A DNA stretch of 64,000 nt from an uncultured delta proteobacterium (GTDB taxonomy: Bacteria > Desulfobacterota > Binatia > UBA9968): assembly GCA_963816145.1 (NCBI GenBank), contig CAWFJP010000031.1, positions 128,001-192,000 of the forward strand, given 5' to 3'. A model generated the notes under the pieces. It was not told the DNA's origin. It saw nothing but the letters and a program-made list of their open reading frames with translations, and did no database searches. Positions 19,329-29,140 of this stretch are shown in pieces; the stretch's first letter is position 1; every line of letters starts with the position of its first letter. A program made the position numbers and the translations under genes.

Positions 19329-19694
19329 ATGGCGAAAATTGCGGTTGTCTTTTATCAGGATGACTCGAATGCGGTCCCGGTGCTCGATTGGTTGAATTCG
19401 TTGCCTGCGAAAGCCCTGGATAAATGTCGCGTTCGAATCGAACGGTTGCGCGATTTGGGACATGAACTGCGACGTCCGGAAGCCGACTATTTGCGGGATG
19501 GAATTTATGAGCTGCGGGTGCGGCTCGGAACCACGAACTATCGAATGCTTTATTTCTTTCACGGTCGAATTGCCGCCGTTCTGGCGCATGGGCTGGTCAA
19601 GGAAAGCGAAGTGCCGCCGCGCGATATCGAGTCGGCGATCCAACGAAAAGTGAGCTTTCAAAGGGACCCGGACCGACACACGTTCAAGGAGTGA
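19329..19694 (+). CDS. higB: HigB/RelE (Gp49-like) toxin
   Basis: PVLDWL...LRRPEADYLRDGIYELRV...YRMLYFF...HGLVKE. Confidence 0.88.
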   Translation: MAKIAVVFYQDDSNAVPVLDWLNSLPAKALDKCRVRIERLRDLGHELRRPEADYLRDGIYELRVRLGTTNYRMLYFFHGRIAAVLAHGLVKESEVPPRDIESAIQRKVSFQRDPDRHTFKE

Positions 19695-20032
19695 AAAATA
19701 TGGCGCGGGCAAAGAAGAAAGCGACAGCGGATGCGGTTGAAATTCTCCACCGTCGCTATTATGCGGGCAAGCCGCAACGACTCGCGGCTCTGGAACAAGC
19801 GCGGGCGAACGATCACGTGGCTCGCAAGCTCACGGCGCTGAGAATTGCAAATGGGCTAAGCCAACGGCAACTGGCGCGACTGATCGGCACCACGGCATCG
19901 GTTATTTGCCGTCTCGAAGACGCCAATTACGAGGGCCATTCCCTGGCCATGCTCAATCGAATCGCCGCGGCCTTGAACCAGCGGGTCGAGATTCGCTTTG
20001 TGCCGGCAGAACGGCGACTACGTTCAGCGTGA
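19691..20032 (+). CDS. higA: XRE-HTH antitoxin
   Basis: GLSQRQLARLIGTTASVICRLEDANYEGHSL. Confidence 0.87.
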   Translation: MKNMARAKKKATADAVEILHRRYYAGKPQRLAALEQARANDHVARKLTALRIANGLSQRQLARLIGTTASVICRLEDANYEGHSLAMLNRIAAALNQRVEIRFVPAERRLRSA

Positions 20033-20048
20033 TTTTAGGCCCGCCGGA

Positions 20049-20293
20049 TTGTGACTGGTGCCTCCAGATGAAATTCTCAACGAAGAGTTTTTGAAACTGC
20101 CGGGTCTGACGGCAAGCGCGCTCGCCAAGCCGACCTGGGCAACGCCGAAAAGGCGCTGCCAGCGAGGGTGAGAAAGAGGATCGAACACAACAGGAGCAAG
20201 CCGGAGAGTTAGAACCGAGTGACGCGAACAAGAATATTAAGTAATGATCTGACGCTGTTGGTATATTGACCGCTACAGCTCTTGACCTGACCC
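20049..20293 (+). pseudogene. Internally deleted higA plus family 1 terminus, third copy
   Basis: Closely matches 16314-16559 including the deletion junction; ends CTTGACCTGACCC. Confidence 0.8.
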
Positions 20294-20297
20294 TCGG

Positions 20298-20442
20298 GCC
20301 TCCATCGCCTACCCGGCCGGCTCACGATTCATCCGCGTCACCGGCACCAATCTGGAGACCATCGCGCGCGGCCGCTACAACAAAGAGGCGGGCACGATGG
20401 TGGTAGAGCAACGCCCCAATTTCCGCGGCTCCGCCTGACCCC
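20298..20442 (+). pseudogene. 3' tail of an unidentified GC-rich gene ending at GCCTGACCCC
   Basis: ASIAYPAGSRFIRVTGTNLETIARGRYNKEAGTMVVEQRPNFRGSA*, with typical GC3 codon bias and no N-terminus. Confidence 0.5.
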
Positions 20443-20616
20443 GCTTAGCGTAGTTCGACTGGCGCGCCTATCGCGGCGCACGCCACCAGCAATGTCAAAA
20501 TAAAAGACTTTAGCTCAATGTCGGCGCGCGCGTCGGTTGAGCCATTGGAAAAGGGAGAGTATACTTCCGCCCAGAGTTTTTTTATGGCTCCCGGCAAAAA
20601 AGCGAAAGGATCGAGC

Positions 20617-20820
20617 ATGGAAGCGCTGACGATTAACGCTGTCTACGAGAATGGCAAACTGACCCCGCTGACACCGCTTCCGTGCCACGATAAGGAGCAA
20701 GTCCTGCTGAAAGTGGTGCGCCACAGCAACGTCGAGAAATCGCAGGGTCTGCTCAAAGGTCTGGACCCGGAAACCGTCCAGGATGTTGCTGAAAGCCATG
20801 AGTTCTCAATCCTCGCCTAA
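20617..20820 (+). CDS. DUF104/AF2212-like antitoxin
   Basis: TINAVYENGKLTPL. Confidence 0.85.
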   Translation: MEALTINAVYENGKLTPLTPLPCHDKEQVLLKVVRHSNVEKSQGLLKGLDPETVQDVAESHEFSILA

Positions 20821-21319
20821 AGACCTCGCCGCAATCCCGTCCGGCAGCCGCGTTTTTATCGACGCGAACATTTTCGTATACCATTTTACCAGCACGCCGT
20901 TGACGGCCGCGTGCACGGCATTTCTCAAACGAGTCGAAGTGGGTGAACTCGAGGGCATCACCTCCGTTATAACCTTGGCTGAGGTTGCGCATCGGCTGAT
21001 GATATTGGAAGCGATCCGGACTCACGGATTGAAAGCCAATGTCGCTGTCAGGAAATTGAAGGAAAACCCGTCACTTGTGCAACAGCTCTCAGATTACCGC
21101 ACCGCCACCGCGATGGTTTCGACTTTTAATGTCTCCATCGAGCCGGTCACTTCCACTCATTTGCAAAGCGCCCAAGAGTTCTCCGTAACCGGCGGACTTC
21201 TAACCAACGATTCTCTTACCGCGGCCGTGATGCAATCGTTATCTCTCACTGACCTGGCTTCAAACGACCCGGATTTTTCGCTTGTGCCAGGATTCAACGT
21301 TTGGCAGCCAAAAGGTTAG
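20798..21319 (+). CDS. vapC: VapC PIN-domain toxin
   Basis: VFIDANIFVY...LLTNDSL...ASNDPDF. Confidence 0.9.
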   Translation: MSSQSSPKDLAAIPSGSRVFIDANIFVYHFTSTPLTAACTAFLKRVEVGELEGITSVITLAEVAHRLMILEAIRTHGLKANVAVRKLKENPSLVQQLSDYRTATAMVSTFNVSIEPVTSTHLQSAQEFSVTGGLLTNDSLTAAVMQSLSLTDLASNDPDFSLVPGFNVWQPKG

Positions 21320-21524
21320 ATCGGGCACTCACTGATCTGGGCGCAGAGAATATAGCGATTCAGGCCGGGGCAGGTTACTAAGAGCCATTGGCAGATGCAG
21401 CTCTCAATTTCCGCGGGGCCAACGATGACGTTGTTGACGTGGTGGAACTCCTCGGGAAAAAGATTGCCGTAAGCAAATAAGCAAAGCCTGGCACTGGCAT
21501 CTAAACTATCTATGCCCAAACGAA

Positions 21525-21549
21525 AACGCCGGGGCAAATTCCCGGCGTT
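21525..21549 (-). terminator. Intrinsic terminator-like hairpin
   Basis: AACGCCGGG-GCAAATT-CCCGGCGTT with a T-tract on the minus strand. Confidence 0.55.
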
Positions 21550-21590
21550 CGGTCAATCATAAGTAAAGATTTGATTCCAAAAACTGTTTT

Positions 21591-21670
21591 CTGAGCGGCG
21601 CGCAAAAAAAAATAAAGCAAAGATCTGCCGCTATTGGCATCTTGACTGGCACGACTCTAGACCGGACCCC
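21591..21670 (+). repeat. Family 1 terminus
   Basis: CTGAGCGGCGCGCAAAA...GATCTGCCGCTATTGGCATCTTGACTGGCACGACTCTAGACCGGACCCC. Confidence 0.85.
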
Positions 21671-21753
21671 AAGCCTCCTCGCGACTTCCCTTATTTTCGC
21701 CGGCTATCGTGGACCAATCGTAGTATAAATCTACTGATTATGTACGATCGGAG

Positions 21754-22017
21754 ATGGACTTTATGAGAGAAGGTGAATATTTAGATTCTTTGATTGACGA
21801 ATATGAGACCCGTCTAGCGCAGTCCTTGGTTAGGAATAAGAATGGCGAATACAAGGTGTCAGATATTCTCAAGGAACTGGCGGGTTCGGCAGATTGGAGC
21901 GTGCCGGCGGCACATGAGATATTGACGCTCGCTGAGGAATACGGTGCGTTTATGCTGCGTAACGCCTTGGCAGTAGCTGTTGTGCTTGGGAAGGAAGATG
22001 GATCTAAAGGCTTTTGA
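21754..22017 (+). CDS. Hypothetical 87-aa protein
   Basis: GGAG directly before the ATG (a second ATG at 21763 gives normal RBS spacing); lies just downstream of a terminus motif. Confidence 0.55.
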   Translation: MDFMREGEYLDSLIDEYETRLAQSLVRNKNGEYKVSDILKELAGSADWSVPAAHEILTLAEEYGAFMLRNALAVAVVLGKEDGSKGF

Positions 22018-22052
22018 CACGGCGGCGGTTTGAAGTACGGCCGAGAAATTTG

Positions 22053-24063
22053 TCACAGAGCTGTGATGCCTACTTCGGTAAGAAAGTTGAAAGTTGAATC
22101 GTAAAACTCAGGTGATCGAGTCGGATCACTCGGCTCACCCGGCGGCACAAAGATTATCATTCCTTGCCGAGCGCGAGTAAGCAGGACTCGATAAGCGTTA
22201 AGTAGGTAACGTCGGTTGTCGAGATTGCCGATATTGATCCATCGATCACCGCGAAAGTCATGATAGCTCCAGCCGGATCCGGTGAAACGCAGGTCGCCGT
22301 CCCAAGTCACACAGGTCCAATCCAATTCCAAGCCCTGCACCTGAAACTCTGTCGCGGCATCTTCGAGATAGTAGCTTGATCGCGTGTCTTCTTTGTCGTT
22401 GAGAAACCAATGCACCGGGTCAACGTCCACTCGAATATCAATCGCGTGAGGTTTGAGGCGTTGCGCTTTCGACGAGGCGACTAATCCGAATCGCTCAGTT
22501 CCCCTGGCATGGGAGCGAATCCATTGCTTAGCCCGATTCAAGTCGCGGGTAACAGCGACGGGATAACGATCGGCCAGTTGTATGAAGGCGTCTCGCGCCG
22601 ATCGTTTTTCGCAGTCCAGCAGCGCTTTGACAAACGCCGACACGTTTTCAGCGCGGAACGATCTCATCGACACGGCGAGATGCAAGCAGTCGTCAAAGTG
22701 AGTATTCGGCCGCTGGCGAATGACTTCTAAGACTTTGCCAGCGGCATATTCGGTATCGGTGAGTCTCGATGAAATATGCATGTGCCATTGCGGGAATCTC
22801 GAATTCACAGCGTCAAGCCACGCATCGATTCCGGCTTCGCCTATATGGATTTCCTGTCCACCTCCGACAAGGCAAACAATGACGGCCCATTCGGTGTGGC
22901 GATCCATGCACGAAATCAGGAACTCCGGCTCGGAGTCGGAGAACCCTGGCCGATTCTTTCTTCGCTTCATGAAATTCGCGGTTTGTCGCAAGTTCCAAGC
23001 GCGTTGGGCTTCGTCAAAGATCACAACATGTTCGGCCGGAGGGCCGGAGTCGACCAATGCCTCGTCGCGAAAGTTATGAACATTCTGGATGAAAGCTTTG
23101 ACGCTCTCGCCAACTTTGCCCTTCCGTACTCGAACGCCAAGTTCCTTCTGACGTGCGACCTCATCGCGGGTCAGCGCCTCACGGAGCACAGCCACGAGCG
23201 GACCGTTCCCCGAAAGAAACACGGCGTGTGTCGGTTGGTTGACGTCCCGGCGTCGAGTTGCAACATTCAGCCCAACTAGGGTTTTGCCAGCTCCTGGAAC
23301 ACCTGTAACAAAGCAGATGAGTTTGCGCCTTTGATCTCTTGCCTCATCGACGAGTTCTTCAATGCGGGATGATGTGACGCGCAGATTCTGCGCTCCCGCA
23401 TCGTAACGGGCGATCGCTTCAACCGAATGTTGCGCATAGAGAGCGCGTGCGGCCTCGATAATCGTGGGCGTGGGACGATACGGAGCGTTCGGCCATTGTT
23501 GGTTGTCGATGACTGCGCCGGTTACAGTTCGCAATGCTAGGTCAATGGCGTGGCGAAAACCGGCGGGATGCACGTTAATAGGGTGATAGACCTTGTCGGC
23601 GTCGGCGTGAAGTGTCAATTCAGCGGATTCACTGGCTTCGGTAGCGATGAGAATCGGCACGATCGAAGCAGTATGGCTCGCTTCGTGAAAATTCTTCAGG
23701 TCTAACGCATAATCCCAAACTTGATCCGTCGCCGCGCGGTCAAAATTGCTTTCACCAATTTTGAACTCAATCACGAATACGACAGGGCCGACGACCAGTA
23801 CCGCATCTATCCGCCGGCCCATCCGCGGGATGTTGAACTCCAAAAACAACGCGCCGGTTAAACCGGCGAGCTGCTCTTGCAGGAAGCCGATCTCTGCCAA
23901 CCAGGCGTCCTTCTGAGTCGGCAAGCAAAGAAAACTCGCTGTTTGTTGCCAGTCGTCCGACAATTGTATCTGGTTGGGTTTGTAAAAAATCGGCAATGGA
24001 AGACGAGTACCAGGCTCGGGAGGATACTGATGTTGTCGCCGGTAGTTCGGGCGGTGCATCCAT
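22053..24063 (-). CDS. DUF2075 (Schlafen group 3-like) nuclease-helicase with a +1 frameshift near 23922
   Basis: N-terminus RAWYSSSIADFL in an alternate frame; RRIDAVL..VIEFK (PD-(D/E)xK), Walker A GVPGAGKT, FDEAQRAW, QGLELD, YRVLLTRAR. Confidence 0.85.
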
Positions 24064-26144
24064 ATTCGCGATGATGCCAAGAAAGTTTGTTGAAGTGAAG
24101 CACGAATTGTTTGCACTTCGTTGCGGTTCTCACCGCTGTGGATGAATAATGTGCAATCGGATAGTAGCACCACGCGCGGTTTGGCCCGGTGTTTTCAGTT
24201 GTTTAGATGTCCAGGCACGACCCCGCAGTCGTCACATTAGCAGAGGCCGTTGGAAGCCGGCGGCCAGTCTGTTTTCGCTACAGGGAGCTTGTTAAAGTAG
24301 GAGAGTACGCTTGAGAGGCTGAGAGCATAACAAATAAGCCAAGCTGACAAGCCTGGCACCGGCTGTCACGACAAGGGTTGTCCGTCAGGCAACCCAACGT
24401 ACCGCCCGTTCTGTTGGCGGTGCAGGTAGTTGCCTGTCCTTACGCGGCCACAAAATGATTGCACATTCGTCGTATAATCATTCTCGCATTCCAGGTACTT
24501 GACTTGGATATCGTAGAATTATCATTAGTTCAGGGAGAGGTGTCCCAATGACCGATATAGGGTCAAGGCAGGTCGAGGTCGTGATTCTGCTGAAAAACCC
24601 GGTTGATTTATTGTGTCGTGGGATGGCGGGTATCGTTGAAGATTTGTCGCCACTCTTTATGTGATGTATGCGCGTCGACGTTTGGATCACAGGACAAATT
24701 CTCACCCAGTAATCATGTGGGAGTTGTTCGCCTGTGGACCGATACGGCTGTTTCGGGAAAGATCCTCCCCCAGCTCTTAACGCTTCGATCACAGTTAGAG
24801 ACGTTTTCTCGAGTGCAACGGGGGCCGGCGATCGATCCTGTTGCCGGAGTGACGCTTTTGCAGTTCATGGAGAAGGCATCGAACGGCGACCGCTGGCAAG
24901 TGGCCTATCTCTGGGCAGGAAGTACGACTGGACTTGGAGCTTCCCTATGAAGGGTTTCACCGACGGCAGCGGCTCCTTTGCGACGTTGGCGAGAAAAAGG
25001 CCGGCGGGTCATCTTATGACGGGCATAAGCATTCGAATCGAACCAGGACCGAGGGAGGCGAGCAGGCAAAACAGCGGCACATACGGGCTTAATCTCGGGC
25101 TGTTACAGAGATGAGCCGGTTGGAATGGCGGAGGAGACGTTGCGCTTGGCGCTAGAGGGTTGGCCGGAGTTCGACGGCGTGCGACAGAGTTCTGGGCCGC
25201 GATGTGGTCTTGTACCCCAGATCAGGGACGAAACGGCTAAGAAAGCCGAACCGTCATCGCCACCCACGCAATGGTGATCGATCGCTCGAAGTCTGGAATG
25301 GATCGCCAAGGTATCGCCCACGTACATTGCGTTGTATTCGACCAAACTCAAGCGAGAGCAGTTGGCGAATCGGAATAATGCCGTTCAACAGAAAGTTCTC
25401 CGGTCGCAATCGCTCGCAGGGAAGGACCTGTCCTGGCAATTCATCGAAAGAGATTGCACGGATGGTACGGTCGATGTGGTGAGAGGTTGAGGCCAGCTAG
25501 CCGGGAGATATTTCTGAGCTCCTGTGACACGCTTTTTGATCGTTGGTGGATCATTGATCCGGAGAACGCAAATCAACCCGGTGTATGCGGTTCACAACGC
25601 AATGGACGGCGATATGATGACGCTCAAAAATTTTTGTCAGGCCGTAGTGCCGAGGACCCCGCAAACGACCTGGAGAGCAAGCATGGAGCTCTGGGGCCAC
25701 TCTCCCGATTTCGCTTCACGGGTCGTACATTACGGCTTGATACCGACCCTGTCGAGACGGCCCCGATTTGTTGGCCTTTCCGCCGGCAAATGAACTCCTC
25801 GCCATAGATTGCACGACTGGGACTTCCTAACGAAAACAACGAGCGTCTGCAAACTCATCAGCCGAGCAGAACGAGTACGAGCAGCCCTGCAGGGCTCTGG
25901 CCATTCGTACATTGACATACTTCCCGATCTGATTGTGAACGACCTCGACCGAGAAGTGCCATTCAGCGGGACGATGTACCGAGACGGCCAGGCCACGGAC
26001 GTGGCCGTCGCGGCAAGGGAAGAGATAGACAGTTTGGTGGGTCGCGCCAGGAGTCCGCCCTTCGCCATTCGCAGGGTGTTTTCTGAAGCAAAAGCGATTA
26101 TTAAGATGGCTAGCATCGAGGCTTAGCTGATTCTCCAAGCAAGA

Positions 26145-26220
26145 GGGTCAGGGTCAAGGGTCAGGTCTAGTGTCGTACCATCTGCAGTGCAAGCGTCAGG
26201 CATGAGTATTGAGTTATTCA
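26145..26220 (-). repeat. Family 1 terminus, inverted, with stuttered GGGTCA x3
   Basis: Minus strand reads ...CTGACGCTT...TACGACACTAGACCTGACCC-TTGACCC-TGACCC. Confidence 0.8.
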
Positions 26221-26244
26221 AGTTGACCACACGTCAATCCGCTT

Positions 26245-26380
26245 CCAGGTCTTTCAATTTAAACAATCGTCCAGCTTTTATCTCGCTCTCAATTCCACAA
26301 CTTTTTGCTCGCGGCCGCGACGCTCTCATGCAGGACGCGTAACTTCGCCCACGCGACCTGCGGGTGCACTCCCCGCCTAG
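26245..26380 (-). repeat. Repeat family 2: MetE-like gene tail plus terminus
   Basis: Minus strand VHPQVAWAKLRVLHESVAAASKKLWN*, then TTGTTTAAATTGAAAGACCTGG. Confidence 0.8.
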
Positions 26381-26449
26381 GGAAACGCTGCCAATCTATT
26401 TCCGCACCCCGCTAAAGTCAGAATTGTTCTTTCGAAGAACAGCGCGTCA

Positions 26450-27416
26450 TCAGGGGCGCTTTGCGCCAGCGACGGCTTCGTTTAACGGACCCCAGTTCGT
26501 CATCTTCGATAGAGGCGTATCGATGGGGATTTCTTCCGAGAGGAGAACGTTTTTCAAGCCCTCGTCGGTGGAATGGCCGTTTTCCGGCCAGACATCCTTG
26601 ATTGCTTCATACGCCCGGCGCGTCATCTCGGCGCTTTCAAGCTTGATGAACTCTTGCAGCAGGGGAAGCACTTCGTCGCGTCTGGTTCGGGTGTACGCGA
26701 TGCCTTTGAGAACGCCGCTGATGACATTTCTCACTTCCGCCGGCCGCTCTCGGATCCGATCGTCATGAGTGGCCAGACCGCTGAGCGGCAGGTCGATCAC
26801 ATCTTTGACGAAGACCAGGCGCCGGAATCCCTCTTTCTCCACGAGGAAATCGTAGGGAATCGCCGTCATGACCGCGTCGACACGTTTTTGCCGCAAGGCC
26901 ATGACCCGGTTATAGTCCGAGCCGAGGCCGATGACCCCGACCTGCGCCGGGTTGACGTCGAACTTTTTTCAGGATGGCGAGCAACTCCTTGTGGGGCGTT
27001 GCGCCGGTTTGGCTCACCGCGACCACACGGTTGCGCAAATCGCGCACCGACGCGATCTCCGGCGACACCAGGAGCAAGTGATGGGTCTTCGCCGCCAAGA
27101 TCATGATCTGCTTGATCGGCAGGCCGCGGCCCGCGCCGCTCATGACCCTGCCTAGATTGGTAATGTAGGGAATCTCCTTTTGCACCAGCGCGGGCACGGC
27201 GGCTTGATTCGACAGAATGACCGGCTTGATCGTGAAGCCGTACTCACGAAACAAGCCCTTCTTCATTGCGACGTAAAGAGGAAACCAGGAAATGGAGTTG
27301 GTCTGGGTTCCCAAAAGCAATTCTGGAAGATCTTGGCTGCGAGCTCCCGGGACGAAGCTGACGCCGATAATCGCCGCCAGCAACGGCACGATCATCAGTT
27401 TGATTGTCGAATTCAT
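26450..27416 (-). CDS. ABC substrate-binding protein (NMT1/SsuA-like), frameshift at a T6 run near 26965
   Basis: Signal peptide and FPLYVAMKKGLFREYG; the two ORFs join if one base is removed. Confidence 0.8.
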
Positions 27417-27476
27417 GAGTTGTTTTACGATGTCGCTCGTTCTTACTGGAGCGGCGCTGTTGTTGTCAAGAAACCA

Positions 27477-27612
27477 GGTAATGGTTCAGTTAGGAAAAGA
27501 TCTCTCACTTCGTTCGAGATGACAGCTCGCTACATTGCATTGTCATTCCGAGCGGATGCGAGGAATCTTTCCCTGGGTGCGATTCAAAGAAAACTCAAAC
27601 TGCACCATTACC
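27477..27612. mobile_element. MITE with nested REP pair
   Basis: TIRs GGTAATGGTTCAGTT / AACTGCACCATTACC; flanks AGAAACCA / AGAAACGA; internal GAGATGACA..TGTCATTCCGAGC. Confidence 0.75.
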
Positions 27613-27740
27613 AGAAACGAGCGCGGCTTGACAGTTATTTTCATGCACTGATATAGCCAAAGTAAATTAATCTGATCGCCGTGTGATGCTTCGCCACGAC
27701 TAGCGCATCGTTCGAATCACCGGCCATTCGACAAGGTCTT

Positions 27741-28571
27741 ATGCCGCTCAAAATCGGTTTTATCGGTCTCGGCAGAATGGGCAAACCCATCGCCGTGAAT
27801 ATCGCCAAAGCGGGCTTTGACCTGACGGTCTATGATTTGCGCGAGGAACCCTGCCGAGAACTTGCGTCGCTTGGCGCCAAGGCTGCCTCCTCGGCGCGGC
27901 AAGTCGCGGAACTTTGCGATATAGTCGAGATCATTGTCGTCGACGACGACCAGACCGAGCAAGTTATCGCCGGCGAGCTAGGATTAATTCATGGCGCTCA
28001 CCCGGGATTGATCGTCGCCCTGCACAGCACCCTTCTGCCGTCCACGGTGCGCAATATCGCTGCGATGTGCGGCGCCAAAGGCGCCGTGGTGATCGACGCG
28101 CCGGTCAGCGGCGGTCAGAAGGGCGCCGAAGACCGGCAGCTCTGCTATATGGTGGGCGGAGAGGCGGAGGTTCTGGAAAAATGCCGGCCGATTTTTGCCA
28201 CATCCGCCAGCCATATCTTTCATCTCGGCGAGCTTGGCACGGGCGCCCTGGCGAAGATGCTCATTCAAGTCGTGGTCGGCTTGAACATGATCGCCGCTCA
28301 TGAGTGCGAGTCGCTTTGCGCCAAAACCGGGCTGGATTTCAAGTCGCTTCAGGATGTGTTGCACGTCAGCGCCGGGCAGAGTTTCGTTCTCGACCATTGG
28401 TTGGGGCGGTTCAAGCGGCCGGGCGAGTCCGAAGCGGTGCGCCGCGAGCGCGCTGAGGTTTTTTCCAAGAGCTTGTATCCCGCCATGGAACTTGCCCGTG
28501 ACGTCGGGGTATCGCTTCCCGGTACCTCGGTCGCCCAGGGGCTCATCATGCGCGTGATGGGGATCGATTAG
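27741..28571 (+). CDS. 3-hydroxyisobutyrate dehydrogenase-family oxidoreductase
   Basis: IGFIGLGRMG, DAPVSGG. Confidence 0.92.
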   Translation: MPLKIGFIGLGRMGKPIAVNIAKAGFDLTVYDLREEPCRELASLGAKAASSARQVAELCDIVEIIVVDDDQTEQVIAGELGLIHGAHPGLIVALHSTLLPSTVRNIAAMCGAKGAVVIDAPVSGGQKGAEDRQLCYMVGGEAEVLEKCRPIFATSASHIFHLGELGTGALAKMLIQVVVGLNMIAAHECESLCAKTGLDFKSLQDVLHVSAGQSFVLDHWLGRFKRPGESEAVRRERAEVFSKSLYPAMELARDVGVSLPGTSVAQGLIMRVMGID

Positions 28572-28739
28572 CGCGATAAGGCGCGCGGAATTCTAAAAAC
28601 ATGAACGGCCGCGCCTCAAAGCCGGTGTGGCGCTAAGGGGTCGATCGAAACTCAGTTCCGGTGTTAGACCGTGGCTTACGTTAATGTAGTGTCTAGACAG
28701 TGTTGGTACTTTATCCGGCGTATATTGCCACGAAGGTCA

Positions 28740-29030
28740 CAGCGCGGCTGCGCCGCAACCGACGAAGATTCGGAATTGAATGATTTAACCGCAAAGGGCG
28801 CAAAGAACGCAAAACAAGATTTCCGAGGTATTCCTAATGTAGGGGCGTATGGCATACGCCCTGGGGCGGCGGGTTGGGGATTGCACGGCGACAAGATTTG
28901 CCCAGGCCGCGCAAATTTTCAACTATAGTAGTACGAAGAGCACGAAGGAAGAAGAATAACCTCGAGAATTTCGTTCGCCTATCTAATCCGGTTTTCCGTT
29001 CTTCGTGTCCTTCGCGCGCTTCGTGGTGAA
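28740..29030. repeat. Cluster of REP-like palindromes
   Basis: AACCGCAAAGGGCGCAAAGAACGCAAA; GTAGGGGCGTATGGCATACGCCC; CACGAAG...CTTCGTGGTG. Confidence 0.65.
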
Positions 29031-29140
29031 TCGAGAAGTTTCTGGCGCGTAGGATTGTATTCACGGATTCTACGTTGACCTCTCAAAGAATGACTGCGTG
29101 CAATGATTACGCGCTGCGTTAGAAAGATGAGAGTTATTTT

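Noticed and set aside
24478-26138. Individual short ORFs called as genes
   Set aside because: No recognisable motifs; probably decayed sequence, so kept only as an unassigned core.
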